Assembly (NCBI GenBank): GCA_963790305.1
Contig: CAWBOC010000005.1
Location: forward strand, 256,001 to 320,000
DNA: 64,000 nucleotides
From: an uncultured Gemmatimonadaceae bacterium
Lineage (GTDB): Bacteria; Gemmatimonadota; Gemmatimonadetes; Gemmatimonadales; Gemmatimonadaceae
Direction: 5' to 3'
Numbering within the stretch: position 1 is the stretch's first letter; each line of letters begins with the position of its first letter. Position numbers and translations under genes: made by a program. Under the pieces are notes generated by a model that was not told where the DNA came from, ran no database searches, and saw only the letters and a program-made list of their open reading frames with translations. Shown in pieces: positions 9,689-19,304 of this stretch.

Positions 9689-10181
9689 TGTATGCCTTGG
9701 AGGCAGTGACGGCATTGTAAAAGCGCGAGCGACGAACGCGCTCACCGATCGTCGCGCGATAGCGCGCGACGCCGTATCGCGCGGCGATGAAGATCGGCAG
9801 GGCGAGCGCCAGCCACGCCGCGAAGCTGCCGAGGACGATCGTGTTGTTGAAGTTCGTGTAGGGAAGAACGGGAGTATTGAACCAGGTCGTCCACATCGGC
9901 TCGAGCGCCGGCGTCTCCAGGAGGAGCCGACGTCCAATGCGATCGAAAACCGGGTCGAGGGCGAAGCCCAGCGGGAGAAAGAGCGCCCATCCGAGCAGCG
10001 CGCCCCCGACCGAAATGTTCAGGACCAGGATGAGCGCCGCGATGAGGAGGTTGTGAACGTTCATGAGCGGGGTGAGACCGAGTACCGATCCCAGCGCAAT
10101 TCCCGCCGCGACCTGGCCGGGCGTTCCCTCGGAGTGCAGTGTCTTGATGAGCGATTGCAGCAGCTTGAGCAGAGTCAGCAT
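9660..10181 (-). CDS. TIGR03546 family (DUF2062-like) membrane protein
   Basis: HSEGTPGQVAAGIALG..GLTP, FNNTIVLGS motifs. Confidence 0.8.
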   Translation of the reverse strand: MLTLLKLLQSLIKTLHSEGTPGQVAAGIALGSVLGLTPLMNVHNLLIAALILVLNISVGGALLGWALFLPLGFALDPVFDRIGRRLLLETPALEPMWTTWFNTPVLPYTNFNNTIVLGSFAAWLALALPIFIAARYGVARYRATIGERVRRSRFYNAVTASKAYNVYTWFRPD

Positions 10182-10357
10182 GCCATTGATTTCTCGTTAG
10201 GGCGTGACCTCGGCCGCCGTCTCGGCCGATCCCCGTACCCAGGAGAGACGATCGGTCGGTGGGAATCGACACGGGGCCAAACGTGTCCGTGCGCTCCCTG
10301 CGAGCGTCGCGTATAATCCTGCACGCTCGAGCTTTTCCCGCAACCTCACCTCGTGTC

Positions 10358-11605
10358 ATGACTCGCGATCGTCTTCACTTCCACGTGCTGGCAGCGGTTA
10401 CCCTGACGCTCGCGCTCGGCTGCGCCACTTCGTCCCGTGTGCCACCCCCGCCGGCGAGTGGAAATGTGATCCCCGGTGTGGAGGTACTGCTTCGCGACTC
10501 GCTGCACCTCCTTTCGGGCAAGCGGGTGGGCCTCATCACCAACCACTCGGGGAAGGACCGGAGCGGCACCAGCACGATCGATCTGCTGCATCGTGCGCCC
10601 GGTGTTCAGCTCACGGCCTTGTATGGCCCCGAGCATGGCCTCCGTGGTGCCGAGGAAGCTGGCGTCCACATTGCCACGGGGGTCGATTCGGCAACCGGCG
10701 TCCAGATCTTTTCGCTCTTTGGCGAGCGGCGCGTCCCGACTCCCCAGATGCTCGAAGGCATCGACGTGCTTCTCTACGACATTCAGGATGTCGGCGCGCG
10801 CGTCTACACGTACGAATGGACCATGGTGCTCGCCGCCGAGGCGGCGGCGAAGGCCGGGAAGCAGTTCATCGTGCTCGATCGCCCGAACCCCATTCGCGCC
10901 GACCGCGTCGAGGGCGGTTTGATCAAGCCGCAGTTCCTTTCCTTCGTCGGCCTGCACCCGGTGCCGATGCGGTATGGCCTAACGCCAGGCGAGCTTCTGC
11001 GCTACCTCGTCGGCGTGGGTCTGGTGAAGGCCAACGTGACCGTCGTCCCAATGCAGAACTATCGTCGCGACATGTGGTGGGAGCAGACTGGCATTCCGTG
11101 GGTACCCCCGTCGCCGAATCTACGCGACATGGAGGCGGCGATCCTCTATCCCGGAACGGTGTTCTTCGAGGGCACCAACCTCACCGAGGGTCGCGGGACG
11201 GACCGTCCTTTCCGCGTGATCGGCGCCCCGTGGCTCACCGACGCCGGCGCCATCGCGCGTGAGCTCAATGCGCAGCGCCTGCCCGGTGTGCGCTTCGATT
11301 CAACGTCTCGCACGATCGCCGAGGGAATGAAGCATGGCGGTCTGACGATCCCGATGATCGAGGTCGTCGTGACCGACCGCGAGCGAGTGCGCCCGCTCAC
11401 CGTCGGCGCGCGCATGCTCCAGACGATTCGCGCTCGGCACCCCAACGAATGGCGGTGGCGAATTGGATCGATCGACCGGCTCGCAGGGACCGATGAGCTG
11501 CGAGCGGCAGTGGAAGCGGGGACTGTGGATTCGCTGCTCGCTCGCTGGGATCTCGAGGCGAGGGAGTTTGCGACGCGTCGCGAGCCTTACTTGTTGTACC
11601 GCTGA
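10358..11605 (+). CDS. namZ: Exo-beta-N-acetylmuramidase NamZ family (DUF1343/YbbC) lipoprotein
   Basis: GLITNHSG, GPEHG, DIQDVGARVYTY, VLDRPNP, PPSPNL, EGRGTDRPF. Confidence 0.88.
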   Translation: MTRDRLHFHVLAAVTLTLALGCATSSRVPPPPASGNVIPGVEVLLRDSLHLLSGKRVGLITNHSGKDRSGTSTIDLLHRAPGVQLTALYGPEHGLRGAEEAGVHIATGVDSATGVQIFSLFGERRVPTPQMLEGIDVLLYDIQDVGARVYTYEWTMVLAAEAAAKAGKQFIVLDRPNPIRADRVEGGLIKPQFLSFVGLHPVPMRYGLTPGELLRYLVGVGLVKANVTVVPMQNYRRDMWWEQTGIPWVPPSPNLRDMEAAILYPGTVFFEGTNLTEGRGTDRPFRVIGAPWLTDAGAIARELNAQRLPGVRFDSTSRTIAEGMKHGGLTIPMIEVVVTDRERVRPLTVGARMLQTIRARHPNEWRWRIGSIDRLAGTDELRAAVEAGTVDSLLARWDLEAREFATRREPYLLYR

Positions 11606-11664
11606 ATGCGGAATGCGGAATGCGGAGAGACTCTACAGCGTTCCGCATTCCGCATTCCGCATTC
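11604..11664. repeat. (GAATGCG)3 / (CGCATTC)3 tandem-heptamer inverted repeat
   Basis: 23-bp stem between convergent genes; possible bidirectional terminator. Confidence 0.85.
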
Positions 11665-11673
11665 GCCCCCTGA

Positions 11674-14499
11674 TCAGAAGTCGAATCGCGCCCCCACCTG
11701 CGCCCGCCGCGCACCGAAGGCGCCCGTCGCCTGGCCAAAGTTCGTGATGTCCACGCCGGCCGCGGTCTTCTGCCGACCACCGAAGGCCGAAATGTTGTCG
11801 GTGTTGAAGACGTTGAACACCTCGGCCGTCAGGCGCATCGTCTTGCCCTGCGCGGTGAACAGCGACTTTCCGATGCGAAGGTCGACGTTGCGGTACCAGT
11901 TCTTGAAATCGTTGTCGGGACGAATCGTGCGAGTGCCTGACGGACTGCCGGTCGGGAAGAAGTCGTCTGCGAAGTCGTTGTCGAAATTGAGATCCTGGCC
12001 GATCGAGGCGCCGAACGGCCGCGGGCTGGCCAGCGTCACAATCCCGGCGACCTGAAAGCCGCCCAGCCAGTCGAAGTCGGCAACCTCGGAGAGCACCAGA
12101 CGGTGGCGCTCGTCGCCGATGGTCTCCTGCATGTTGTACGAGCTGCGGAAGGCGAACGCAGGCGCAGTGACCGCATCGTAGTCCGCCTTGGCCCAGCCTA
12201 ACGTGTACGCCAGATTGGACAGCAGTCGTCCACGGCGATAGTTCACCGACATCATCACCGCATCGTACTTCGCCTTGGCGAAGTCATCCCACAGGATGAT
12301 GTCGCCATAATTCGGCGTCAGAACTCGGACGTCCGGATTCGGCTGCGTGTTGAGGTAATTGGCGTTCAGCCGGTTGTAGAGATGCCGCACGTCCTGGTGC
12401 ACGTAGTCGACGTTGAGTGCGAGATCCGGGGTGAACTGGTGGCCCAGCCCGATCGACATCTGCCGGTTCTCGGGCGCCTCCATCTTGTTCTTCACCAGGA
12501 TGATGTTCGGCGTCGACGGCACCGTCCCGGCGATGACCGCCGCCCGCAACAAGGCGACGTCCATCGTTGCCGGGTTGGCGATCGTATAGCTCCGCCACGT
12601 TGCCGCGAGACGCTCCTGGAAGCCAATGAAGCTCGCGACACGATCGTAGATGATGCCAAAGCCGCCACGAATGAACGTGCGATTCTCGCCGATCGGATCC
12701 CACGAGAACGAGATGCGGGGGGACAGGTTGTTCAGGTCGTTCTTGCGATCCCCACGATTGATGTAGTTGGCGAGCGCGGCCTTGTTGGTGATCGCGGTAT
12801 CACTCGCCCAGGGAACCGTGAAATCGTTGTTGATGGTGTTCAGCTCGGCGTCGTACCGGAGCCCGAGATTCAACGTGAGCGTCGACGTTGGGCGCCACTC
12901 GTCGTTGAGGTAGAAGCCGGTGATCCATCCGCTGAGCTCGGCCCTCGCATCGGCGATGCCCTGCCGGTCCTGATAGCCGACGCCGATGGTCGCCTGGTTG
13001 GGGTTCGTGCTCGTGTCGGTCGTGAAGCGGAAGCTCCCCATCCGGAAGTTCGGCGAGAACTGATCGGCGTCGATGCGGCTCACCTCGGCACCCAGCTTGA
13101 AGATGTGCGAGCCGCCCCAGTTGTCCTTGGTGTACGTGAGTCGGTTGATGAGGCGAAGGTGCGTCTCGTTGAGCTCGAGCGGGAACGTCGCCGTCCCCTG
13201 CGTCACGCTCGGGTACACACGCTGCTCGCGCTCGACCAGCATGCCTTCATCGTGGTGCCACTTCACCATCTGCAGACTGAGCTCGTTCAACAAGTTCGGT
13301 GACGGCAGATAGCGGTGACGCAGCTGCGCGACGTTGATGAAGTACGACTGATCGATGCCCCCATTCTGGGCGACCGTTCCGCCAAAGTTCGACTCGCCCG
13401 TCATGTACCGTGTCGCCCACGACAGATCGAAGGTATTCCGCTCGCTCGGCGTGTACGTACCGCGAAGGAACCCGGTGTGGTTGAGGTTCGGCGCCTTGAA
13501 CGACCCGCGAAGCGCATCCCAGACGCCGGGATTGCTCGCCGGACGCCCCGGCACCACGTCGATGAAGTTGTCGCTGTCCGTCACCTCGTAGCTCAGCGCA
13601 TAGAAGAGGCGATCTTTCTGAAGGGGGCCGCGAAGGTTCGCGCCGACCTGCATGCGGTTGAAGTCCGGAGTCACCGTCTGGAAGTTCGTCCGCGCCACCA
13701 TCGACTTGTCCTGAAAGAATCCGAAGACGGCTCCCTCCGTATCGTTGGTCCCGCGATTCGATTCGGCGCTGATCACGTACGCGCCGGCATGCGAGTACTC
13801 CGCATCGTACGGGTTAATGAATACGCGGAACTCCTGCACCGCCTCCTGTGGGATTGGCGCCCCTGTCTGCGGAATGCCGACGAGGTTGCCATTGAAGAGG
13901 CTCTTCAGCTCGATGCCATCGAGATAGAAATTGCTGAAGCGCAGCTCCGGCATCGCGCCCGCCGATGGAAGCGCACGACCCGCTTGCGGCGCGAAGCCCC
14001 TCACACCGGGCGTCACTGCCGCGAGCGTCATGATGTTGCGGTCGATCGTCGGAAGCTGCTCGATCATTTGTTGCACGACCGGCGCGGACACTGATGTCCG
14101 CTGCACCTCGACGGTCGTCGTTCGATCGGCGGTCACTTCGACGCCGGTGAGCTGCGTCGTCGAGGGCGCGAGGTCGAAAACGAGGTTCGCGCGCTGGCCG
14201 AGCAGCAGCTCGACCATCTGGCTCTCCTGCTCGAAGCCGATCGCTCGAACGGTGACCTCGTAACGACCTGGGCCGAGGCCCAGCACTCGGAATCGCCCGA
14301 GATCGCTCGTGTTCACGCCGCGACGCTCGTTCGTCGCCGGATTCACCACGGCGACGACCGCACCCGCGACAGGCTCGCCCGCGTTGTTGCGAACGGAGCC
14401 TTCGAGAGTGATCGTGAGTTGGGCGTGACTTACGCCAGGGACGACCATCATCAGGCTGATGGCCGCCAGCAGTGAGAGTATCGACAAGGGTATTCGCAT
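11674..14499 (-). CDS. TonB-dependent receptor (carboxypeptidase-regulatory-like N-domain, Oar type)
   Basis: Signal peptide, EAVQEFRV, YDAEY, TLNLGLRYD, FNVFN, terminal F. Confidence 0.9.
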   Translation of the reverse strand: MRIPLSILSLLAAISLMMVVPGVSHAQLTITLEGSVRNNAGEPVAGAVVAVVNPATNERRGVNTSDLGRFRVLGLGPGRYEVTVRAIGFEQESQMVELLLGQRANLVFDLAPSTTQLTGVEVTADRTTTVEVQRTSVSAPVVQQMIEQLPTIDRNIMTLAAVTPGVRGFAPQAGRALPSAGAMPELRFSNFYLDGIELKSLFNGNLVGIPQTGAPIPQEAVQEFRVFINPYDAEYSHAGAYVISAESNRGTNDTEGAVFGFFQDKSMVARTNFQTVTPDFNRMQVGANLRGPLQKDRLFYALSYEVTDSDNFIDVVPGRPASNPGVWDALRGSFKAPNLNHTGFLRGTYTPSERNTFDLSWATRYMTGESNFGGTVAQNGGIDQSYFINVAQLRHRYLPSPNLLNELSLQMVKWHHDEGMLVEREQRVYPSVTQGTATFPLELNETHLRLINRLTYTKDNWGGSHIFKLGAEVSRIDADQFSPNFRMGSFRFTTDTSTNPNQATIGVGYQDRQGIADARAELSGWITGFYLNDEWRPTSTLTLNLGLRYDAELNTINNDFTVPWASDTAITNKAALANYINRGDRKNDLNNLSPRISFSWDPIGENRTFIRGGFGIIYDRVASFIGFQERLAATWRSYTIANPATMDVALLRAAVIAGTVPSTPNIILVKNKMEAPENRQMSIGLGHQFTPDLALNVDYVHQDVRHLYNRLNANYLNTQPNPDVRVLTPNYGDIILWDDFAKAKYDAVMMSVNYRRGRLLSNLAYTLGWAKADYDAVTAPAFAFRSSYNMQETIGDERHRLVLSEVADFDWLGGFQVAGIVTLASPRPFGASIGQDLNFDNDFADDFFPTGSPSGTRTIRPDNDFKNWYRNVDLRIGKSLFTAQGKTMRLTAEVFNVFNTDNISAFGGRQKTAAGVDITNFGQATGAFGARRAQVGARFDF

Positions 14500-14578
14500 G
14501 GGAATCTCGCGGGGTAGGAGGGAGCGTGCCGCGCTCGCGCCGAGGTTATGGTGCGCTCTGCGTCGTGTCAACAACAAA

Positions 14579-15877
14579 GTGACCACCCTGGGCGTGGCGC
14601 TGGTCACCGTCGCGAGCACTCCAGCGTCAGTGAGCGCGCAACTCACGGTGGCGGACTCGGTTAGCTCACACGCCGTGGCGCCAGGCTTGACGCTGCGACG
14701 TATCGTGCGACCGGCAGGGCCATGGGTCCTTTCCGTACTCGAGGTGGATCTCCGACGGCCGGAGATCGAGGTCAAAGGCGTTCGCGCCTGCGATAATCTT
14801 CTGGGACGCGAGCGGCCTTCCGCGATCGCGCGTCGGATGCGGCAGGATGGTGTAGACGTCGTTGGCGTTCTCAACGCCGACTTCTTCGACCTGCGCGGAG
14901 GCACCGGGGCCACCGAGAGCAACGTCGTGATCAATGGCGAGATCGTAAAAGCGGTCACGGTGACGGAATCTCCGTTCGACGCCTTTGACAACGTCCACAC
15001 ACAGTTCGGCATCACCGCCACCGGGGCGCCGGTCCTCGATCGCTTTCACCTGACGGGCGTGGTACGAACACCGAGTGGTGAATGGCCGCTTGCGGCGATC
15101 AATGCGCGTGCGCCCGGTGCGCTCGCGCTTCTCACCAGGTGGTTCGACACGCTCGCGCTTTCCGTGCAGCCCGCCGACACGATCGCGCACGTCTCATTGC
15201 TCAAGGTCGGCGGACGAGGGGACACGGCGCGCTATCGCGTCGATTCCAAGCCAAAGCGTGAACGGCCGGTCGCGTCGGCCGATGAGGCGGCAATGCTGGT
15301 CGCGAGTGGGAACGCACTGCCGGTCGTGGAGCGACTGCTCCCCGGCGACCGCGTCGAGATCGTGACGAAGCTCATCCCGGATCGCGGGCCGCTGCGGACC
15401 GTCGTCGGCGGCTGGCCACGCATCGTCGACGCGGGGCGCAACGTCGCCCTCGCCGCCGACTCCGTCGAAGGCACCATTCCACGCTTCTCCCGCGCCCGGC
15501 ACCCTCGCTCGGCGTTAGGCATCTCCCGGGACAGCGCGACATTATATCTGGTCGCCGTGGACGGCCGTCAGGAGACGAGCGTGGGCATGACGCTCGAGGA
15601 GCTGGCCGACGCGATGATCTCCCTCGGCGCCCATGAAGCGATGAATCTGGACGGCGGCGGCTCCACCGCGCTGGTCATTCGTGATTCGATCGTGAACAAA
15701 CCGTCCGACGCCACTGGGGAGCGCGCCGTCGGAAATGTCGTCGCGATCACGCGCCGCACCGCCAAGCAGGGAAACCCGGAGCGCCGGATGCTGCCGCGAA
15801 AAAGCGGAAGCGTCGCCTCCTGCGTTCTCCCACTTCCGCGCGACACCGCCGCCGCGGCCGTTCCGCGGCCGCGATAG
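14579..15877 (+). CDS. Phosphodiester glycosidase family protein (NAGPA/DUF2233)
   Basis: NADFF, RHPRSALG, VDGRQ..SVGMTL, AMNLDGGGST; start uncertain (14498-14579). Confidence 0.85.
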   Translation: MTTLGVALVTVASTPASVSAQLTVADSVSSHAVAPGLTLRRIVRPAGPWVLSVLEVDLRRPEIEVKGVRACDNLLGRERPSAIARRMRQDGVDVVGVLNADFFDLRGGTGATESNVVINGEIVKAVTVTESPFDAFDNVHTQFGITATGAPVLDRFHLTGVVRTPSGEWPLAAINARAPGALALLTRWFDTLALSVQPADTIAHVSLLKVGGRGDTARYRVDSKPKRERPVASADEAAMLVASGNALPVVERLLPGDRVEIVTKLIPDRGPLRTVVGGWPRIVDAGRNVALAADSVEGTIPRFSRARHPRSALGISRDSATLYLVAVDGRQETSVGMTLEELADAMISLGAHEAMNLDGGGSTALVIRDSIVNKPSDATGERAVGNVVAITRRTAKQGNPERRMLPRKSGSVASCVLPLPRDTAAAAVPRPR

Positions 15878-16705
15878 CTACCGACGCACGTGCGACGCGC
15901 TGTCGAGCGCGCGTCCGAGCCACGACCAGTAGGTTTCCCCGCCGACATCGCTGACGTCGTTATGCCCCGCGCCGGGCACGACCAGCAATTCGCCGGGAAC
16001 ACGAGCCGCGGCATGAACGGCGCGGCCCATCCGCACCGGAATGATTCCGTCGCGCTGCCCATGGATGATCCATACCGGGACCTTCAGCTCCGCGACCTTC
16101 GCGCGAGTGTCGAAGTGAACGCGCGCGATGAGGCCCCAGAACAACGTCACCGGCGCCAGCGGTCCGCGTGCCATCTCGCGCGCCGAAGTGAACGGCGCTT
16201 CGAGGATCAGGACCGCCGGCGCATGCTCCACGGCCAGCTCGGTCGCAATGGCGCTGCCGAGCGAGTGCCCATATAACGCAATGCGCGTGGAGTCCACGCC
16301 CAGCTGCTCGCGCGCGAGACGATACGTCGCGCGCGCATCACGTTGTGACGAGACATAATCTGGCGAGCCGCCGAGGCCGCCGTACCCGCGATACTCGGGG
16401 AGGAGCACCGCCCAGCCTGTGGCGCGCTCGACCTCACTCGCCCACGGAGCGACCCACGCCGCCAGATCGGCGTTGCCGTGATACGCGATGAGAAGGCCAG
16501 GTGCACGGGCCGGATCGCCGATGAGGAACGCAAAGAGGGGCTGGCCGTCGTCCGATGCGTAGTCGAGGCGTCGCGTCGCCCCCTCGGGATACTGCGCGAG
16601 CCTCGGCGGCTGCCACACGATGCGCTCCTGCATCCGCCACGCCGCGATGAGCATTACGACGTAGATCGCGGCCAGGAGGATGAGCGCGGAGATCACGATC
16701 CGCAC
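15878..16705 (-). CDS. Alpha/beta hydrolase
   Basis: HGNA, EYRGYG, GHSLG nucleophile elbow, HGQRD, AGHND. Confidence 0.9.
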   Translation of the reverse strand: MRIVISALILLAAIYVVMLIAAWRMQERIVWQPPRLAQYPEGATRRLDYASDDGQPLFAFLIGDPARAPGLLIAYHGNADLAAWVAPWASEVERATGWAVLLPEYRGYGGLGGSPDYVSSQRDARATYRLAREQLGVDSTRIALYGHSLGSAIATELAVEHAPAVLILEAPFTSAREMARGPLAPVTLFWGLIARVHFDTRAKVAELKVPVWIIHGQRDGIIPVRMGRAVHAAARVPGELLVVPGAGHNDVSDVGGETYWSWLGRALDSASHVRR

Positions 16706-16723
16706 GGCGCTCCACCCGTCTCG

Positions 16724-17383
16724 TCAGGCGACGCGCAGACGCTCAACGGCGGGAAGCGGAACACCGATCGTTCGACGGGCGTACCATTGCGCCCACAGCA
16801 GATTGGGCACCCACGACAGCCACGCCACGACCTGGTATGCCGGCGTGAACTCACCGAACGCCATGATCAGCAGCGGAAGCTCGATCCGCAGCGTCACGGC
16901 GGCAAAGATCAGCGCATAGCTGCTGAGCATCCACCGCCGGTGAGCGGCGATGGCTCGCTCCCGCGCCGCGAGGTACGCGCGCGTCGTTGTCCAGAGCAGC
17001 AGCACCGCCAGCGCCGCGAAGCCGACGTGTGTCACGACACCGCCGAACGAGTACACGCTCATGTACAACCCGGCGAGGCCGACGGCGGTGGCCGCGATGA
17101 CGTAGACCGTGCCTAACACACGATGAACAGGCCGATGGCGAATGATGAGCCAGCGGTTGAATTGCAGTGCGCCCAGCGCGAGTGCGACGGAGCCGAAGAG
17201 CGCGTGTGGGTATATCCCCCATGGCCGAGCGAGAAACGAGGCGGCGAGGTTCGGCGGGTATACGCGCTCGCCGAGGATGACGTACGCGAGAGCATACCCC
17301 ACGATCGGAACCGCCAGGAGCGTCACCAGCCACCAGGCGAGCGGGGGCCGAGTCGCGGAGCCCTTGCCCGATCGCGTGCTCAT
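16724..17383 (-). CDS. DUF2306 membrane protein
   Basis: HRVLGTVY, HRRWMLSSYALIFAAVTLR, WLSWVPNL. Confidence 0.8.
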   Translation of the reverse strand: MSTRSGKGSATRPPLAWWLVTLLAVPIVGYALAYVILGERVYPPNLAASFLARPWGIYPHALFGSVALALGALQFNRWLIIRHRPVHRVLGTVYVIAATAVGLAGLYMSVYSFGGVVTHVGFAALAVLLLWTTTRAYLAARERAIAAHRRWMLSSYALIFAAVTLRIELPLLIMAFGEFTPAYQVVAWLSWVPNLLWAQWYARRTIGVPLPAVERLRVA

Positions 17384-18135
17384 ACGCCGGCGATCCGCCG
17401 CTTGTACTCGCCGAGCGCGGCGTCGAGCCGCTCGCGCGCGGTGGTGTCCCCGGGCACGTTGTGCGACGGGTGGATGTAGAGCTTCACGCCCCGCTCGGCC
17501 AACAGCTCGGCCACCGTCGTGATCGTCATCCACACCACCGCGACGAACGCCATCGTCGACACCGGCCCCACGTTGTCGACATGGTTCTTCAGGGGGACCG
17601 ACGAATCGCCCGCGGGCACCCGCGTATCGATCACCACGTCGGCGATCTCGAAGAGCGTTCGGCCCGACGGGTGCCGCGACCTGGACGCCTCGGCGGCGGA
17701 ACCCGTCGCTACCACGCGCATCCCCAGCGCTTTCGCGCGCAACGCCACATCGATGTTGACGTTGTTGATACCCGTGTGCGAGAAGATCCACATCGTGTCC
17801 CGCGCATCGAACGTGTAGCCCTTCATGATCGCTTCGCCGTATCCCTCCGCGCGCTCGAGGAAGAGGAATTGGTGAATGCCCATCTCCCCGGTGATGCGCG
17901 TGAAGAAGGTGAGCGGAAGCTCGATCATCGGATGAAAGCCGACGAAACCACCAATGCGCGGATACATCTCCTCCACCGGGATCGTCGCGTGCCCGCAGCC
18001 GAAGGTGTGGACCCACCGTTCGCCGGCGATCGAGTCCGCCATGAGCCCGGCGGCGCGCTGAATGGCGGGAAGCTGTGAGCGCTCGATATCGTCGAGAACG
18101 GCACGTGTGTTGGACAGCCAGGTTTGGCTCAACAT
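17380..18135 (-). CDS. SIS (sugar isomerase) domain protein
   Basis: FGCGHA, EEMYPRIGG, SHTGIN, GPVST. Confidence 0.85.
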   Translation of the reverse strand: MLSQTWLSNTRAVLDDIERSQLPAIQRAAGLMADSIAGERWVHTFGCGHATIPVEEMYPRIGGFVGFHPMIELPLTFFTRITGEMGIHQFLFLERAEGYGEAIMKGYTFDARDTMWIFSHTGINNVNIDVALRAKALGMRVVATGSAAEASRSRHPSGRTLFEIADVVIDTRVPAGDSSVPLKNHVDNVGPVSTMAFVAVVWMTITTVAELLAERGVKLYIHPSHNVPGDTTARERLDAALGEYKRRIAGV

Positions 18136-18137
18136 CG

Positions 18138-19304
18138 TCAGGGTGTTGAGGGGCGACGCAGCACGCGAGAGAGAACGGCGAGCAGCACGCCCTGGATCAC
18201 GAGCGCCGCCGGCACGATCAAGAGCGAGCCCCGCATCCCGAACCGCTCGCCAAGGATGCCGGCGCTGTAGGGAAGAATCATCCCGCCGATCAGCGCCATG
18301 GTGATGCCCGCGCTGAACGCGGTACCTGACAGTGCGGCGAAGCGCGTTCCAATGAATCCGAGCACCGTCGGAAACATGGCGGCGAAGCCGACACCGAGGG
18401 AGAACACGCCGAGCGCCGCAACCGGAACGCTGCGCGTGGTGAGAAGCAGAGCCGCGCCGGCTAAGGCGATCGTCAGGCACATATAGAGGATGCGAAACGG
18501 CGAGACGCGACTCAGCACCGTGCCCACGGCCAGCCGCGCGAGCATCATGCCCGCCCAGTAGAGGGAAAGCAGAATGAGCGCGCTTCGTTCGCTCACCGCC
18601 AGCTCCTCGGTCACGAACGTGGACGTCCATCCACCGACGGTGAGCTCCAGGCCACTCTCGAGAAACAGCATCAGTCCCATCAACAGCATGAGCGGATCGC
18701 GAAGCAGTCGACCTGCGTCTGCAATCGGAAATCCCTGCGCTTGCTTCGGCGGCGGGAACGTGATCGTCGCGATGACCGCGAGGGGGACCACGACGAGCGC
18801 GCCGATCCCGGCGATCAGCAACGCGTGGCCGAACCGGCTCGTCAACATGCCGATCAGGAAGGGAACGCCCATCGCACCGATGCCGAAGAACACGCCGAGG
18901 AGATTCAGTCGCGGCCCACGCTCCTCACCGCTGATGTCGGAGACGAGCGCATTCGCGCCGCCATTGATGAATCCGCCGGCGAATCCGATCAGAAAGACGG
19001 CCGCGCGAAGCCACCCGATCGATGGAGCGAATGCGACACCTTCGAGTCCGACAATGATCAGAGCGGTCGAGCCCAGCAGCATCGCCTTGTAGCCGCGGCG
19101 ATCGACGATCGGACCGAAGATGAGCGCCCCGAGGAGAACGCCAAACGTCATCAACAGGAGAAGCGCGCCACCGGACGCTTTGTCGATTCCAAAGCGCTCC
19201 ATGACCGATGGCAGCACCGTCCCCACCATCGTGAAGACGATGCCGAACGTCAGCAGGCAGAGACACGCGCATACGAATAGACTGCGGCTCGAGCTTGGCT
19301 TCAT
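18138..19304 (-). CDS. MFS sugar transporter
   Basis: About 12 hydrophobic segments; GPIVDRRGYK motif A. Confidence 0.88.
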   Translation of the reverse strand: MKPSSSRSLFVCACLCLLTFGIVFTMVGTVLPSVMERFGIDKASGGALLLLMTFGVLLGALIFGPIVDRRGYKAMLLGSTALIIVGLEGVAFAPSIGWLRAAVFLIGFAGGFINGGANALVSDISGEERGPRLNLLGVFFGIGAMGVPFLIGMLTSRFGHALLIAGIGALVVVPLAVIATITFPPPKQAQGFPIADAGRLLRDPLMLLMGLMLFLESGLELTVGGWTSTFVTEELAVSERSALILLSLYWAGMMLARLAVGTVLSRVSPFRILYMCLTIALAGAALLLTTRSVPVAALGVFSLGVGFAAMFPTVLGFIGTRFAALSGTAFSAGITMALIGGMILPYSAGILGERFGMRGSLLIVPAALVIQGVLLAVLSRVLRRPSTP

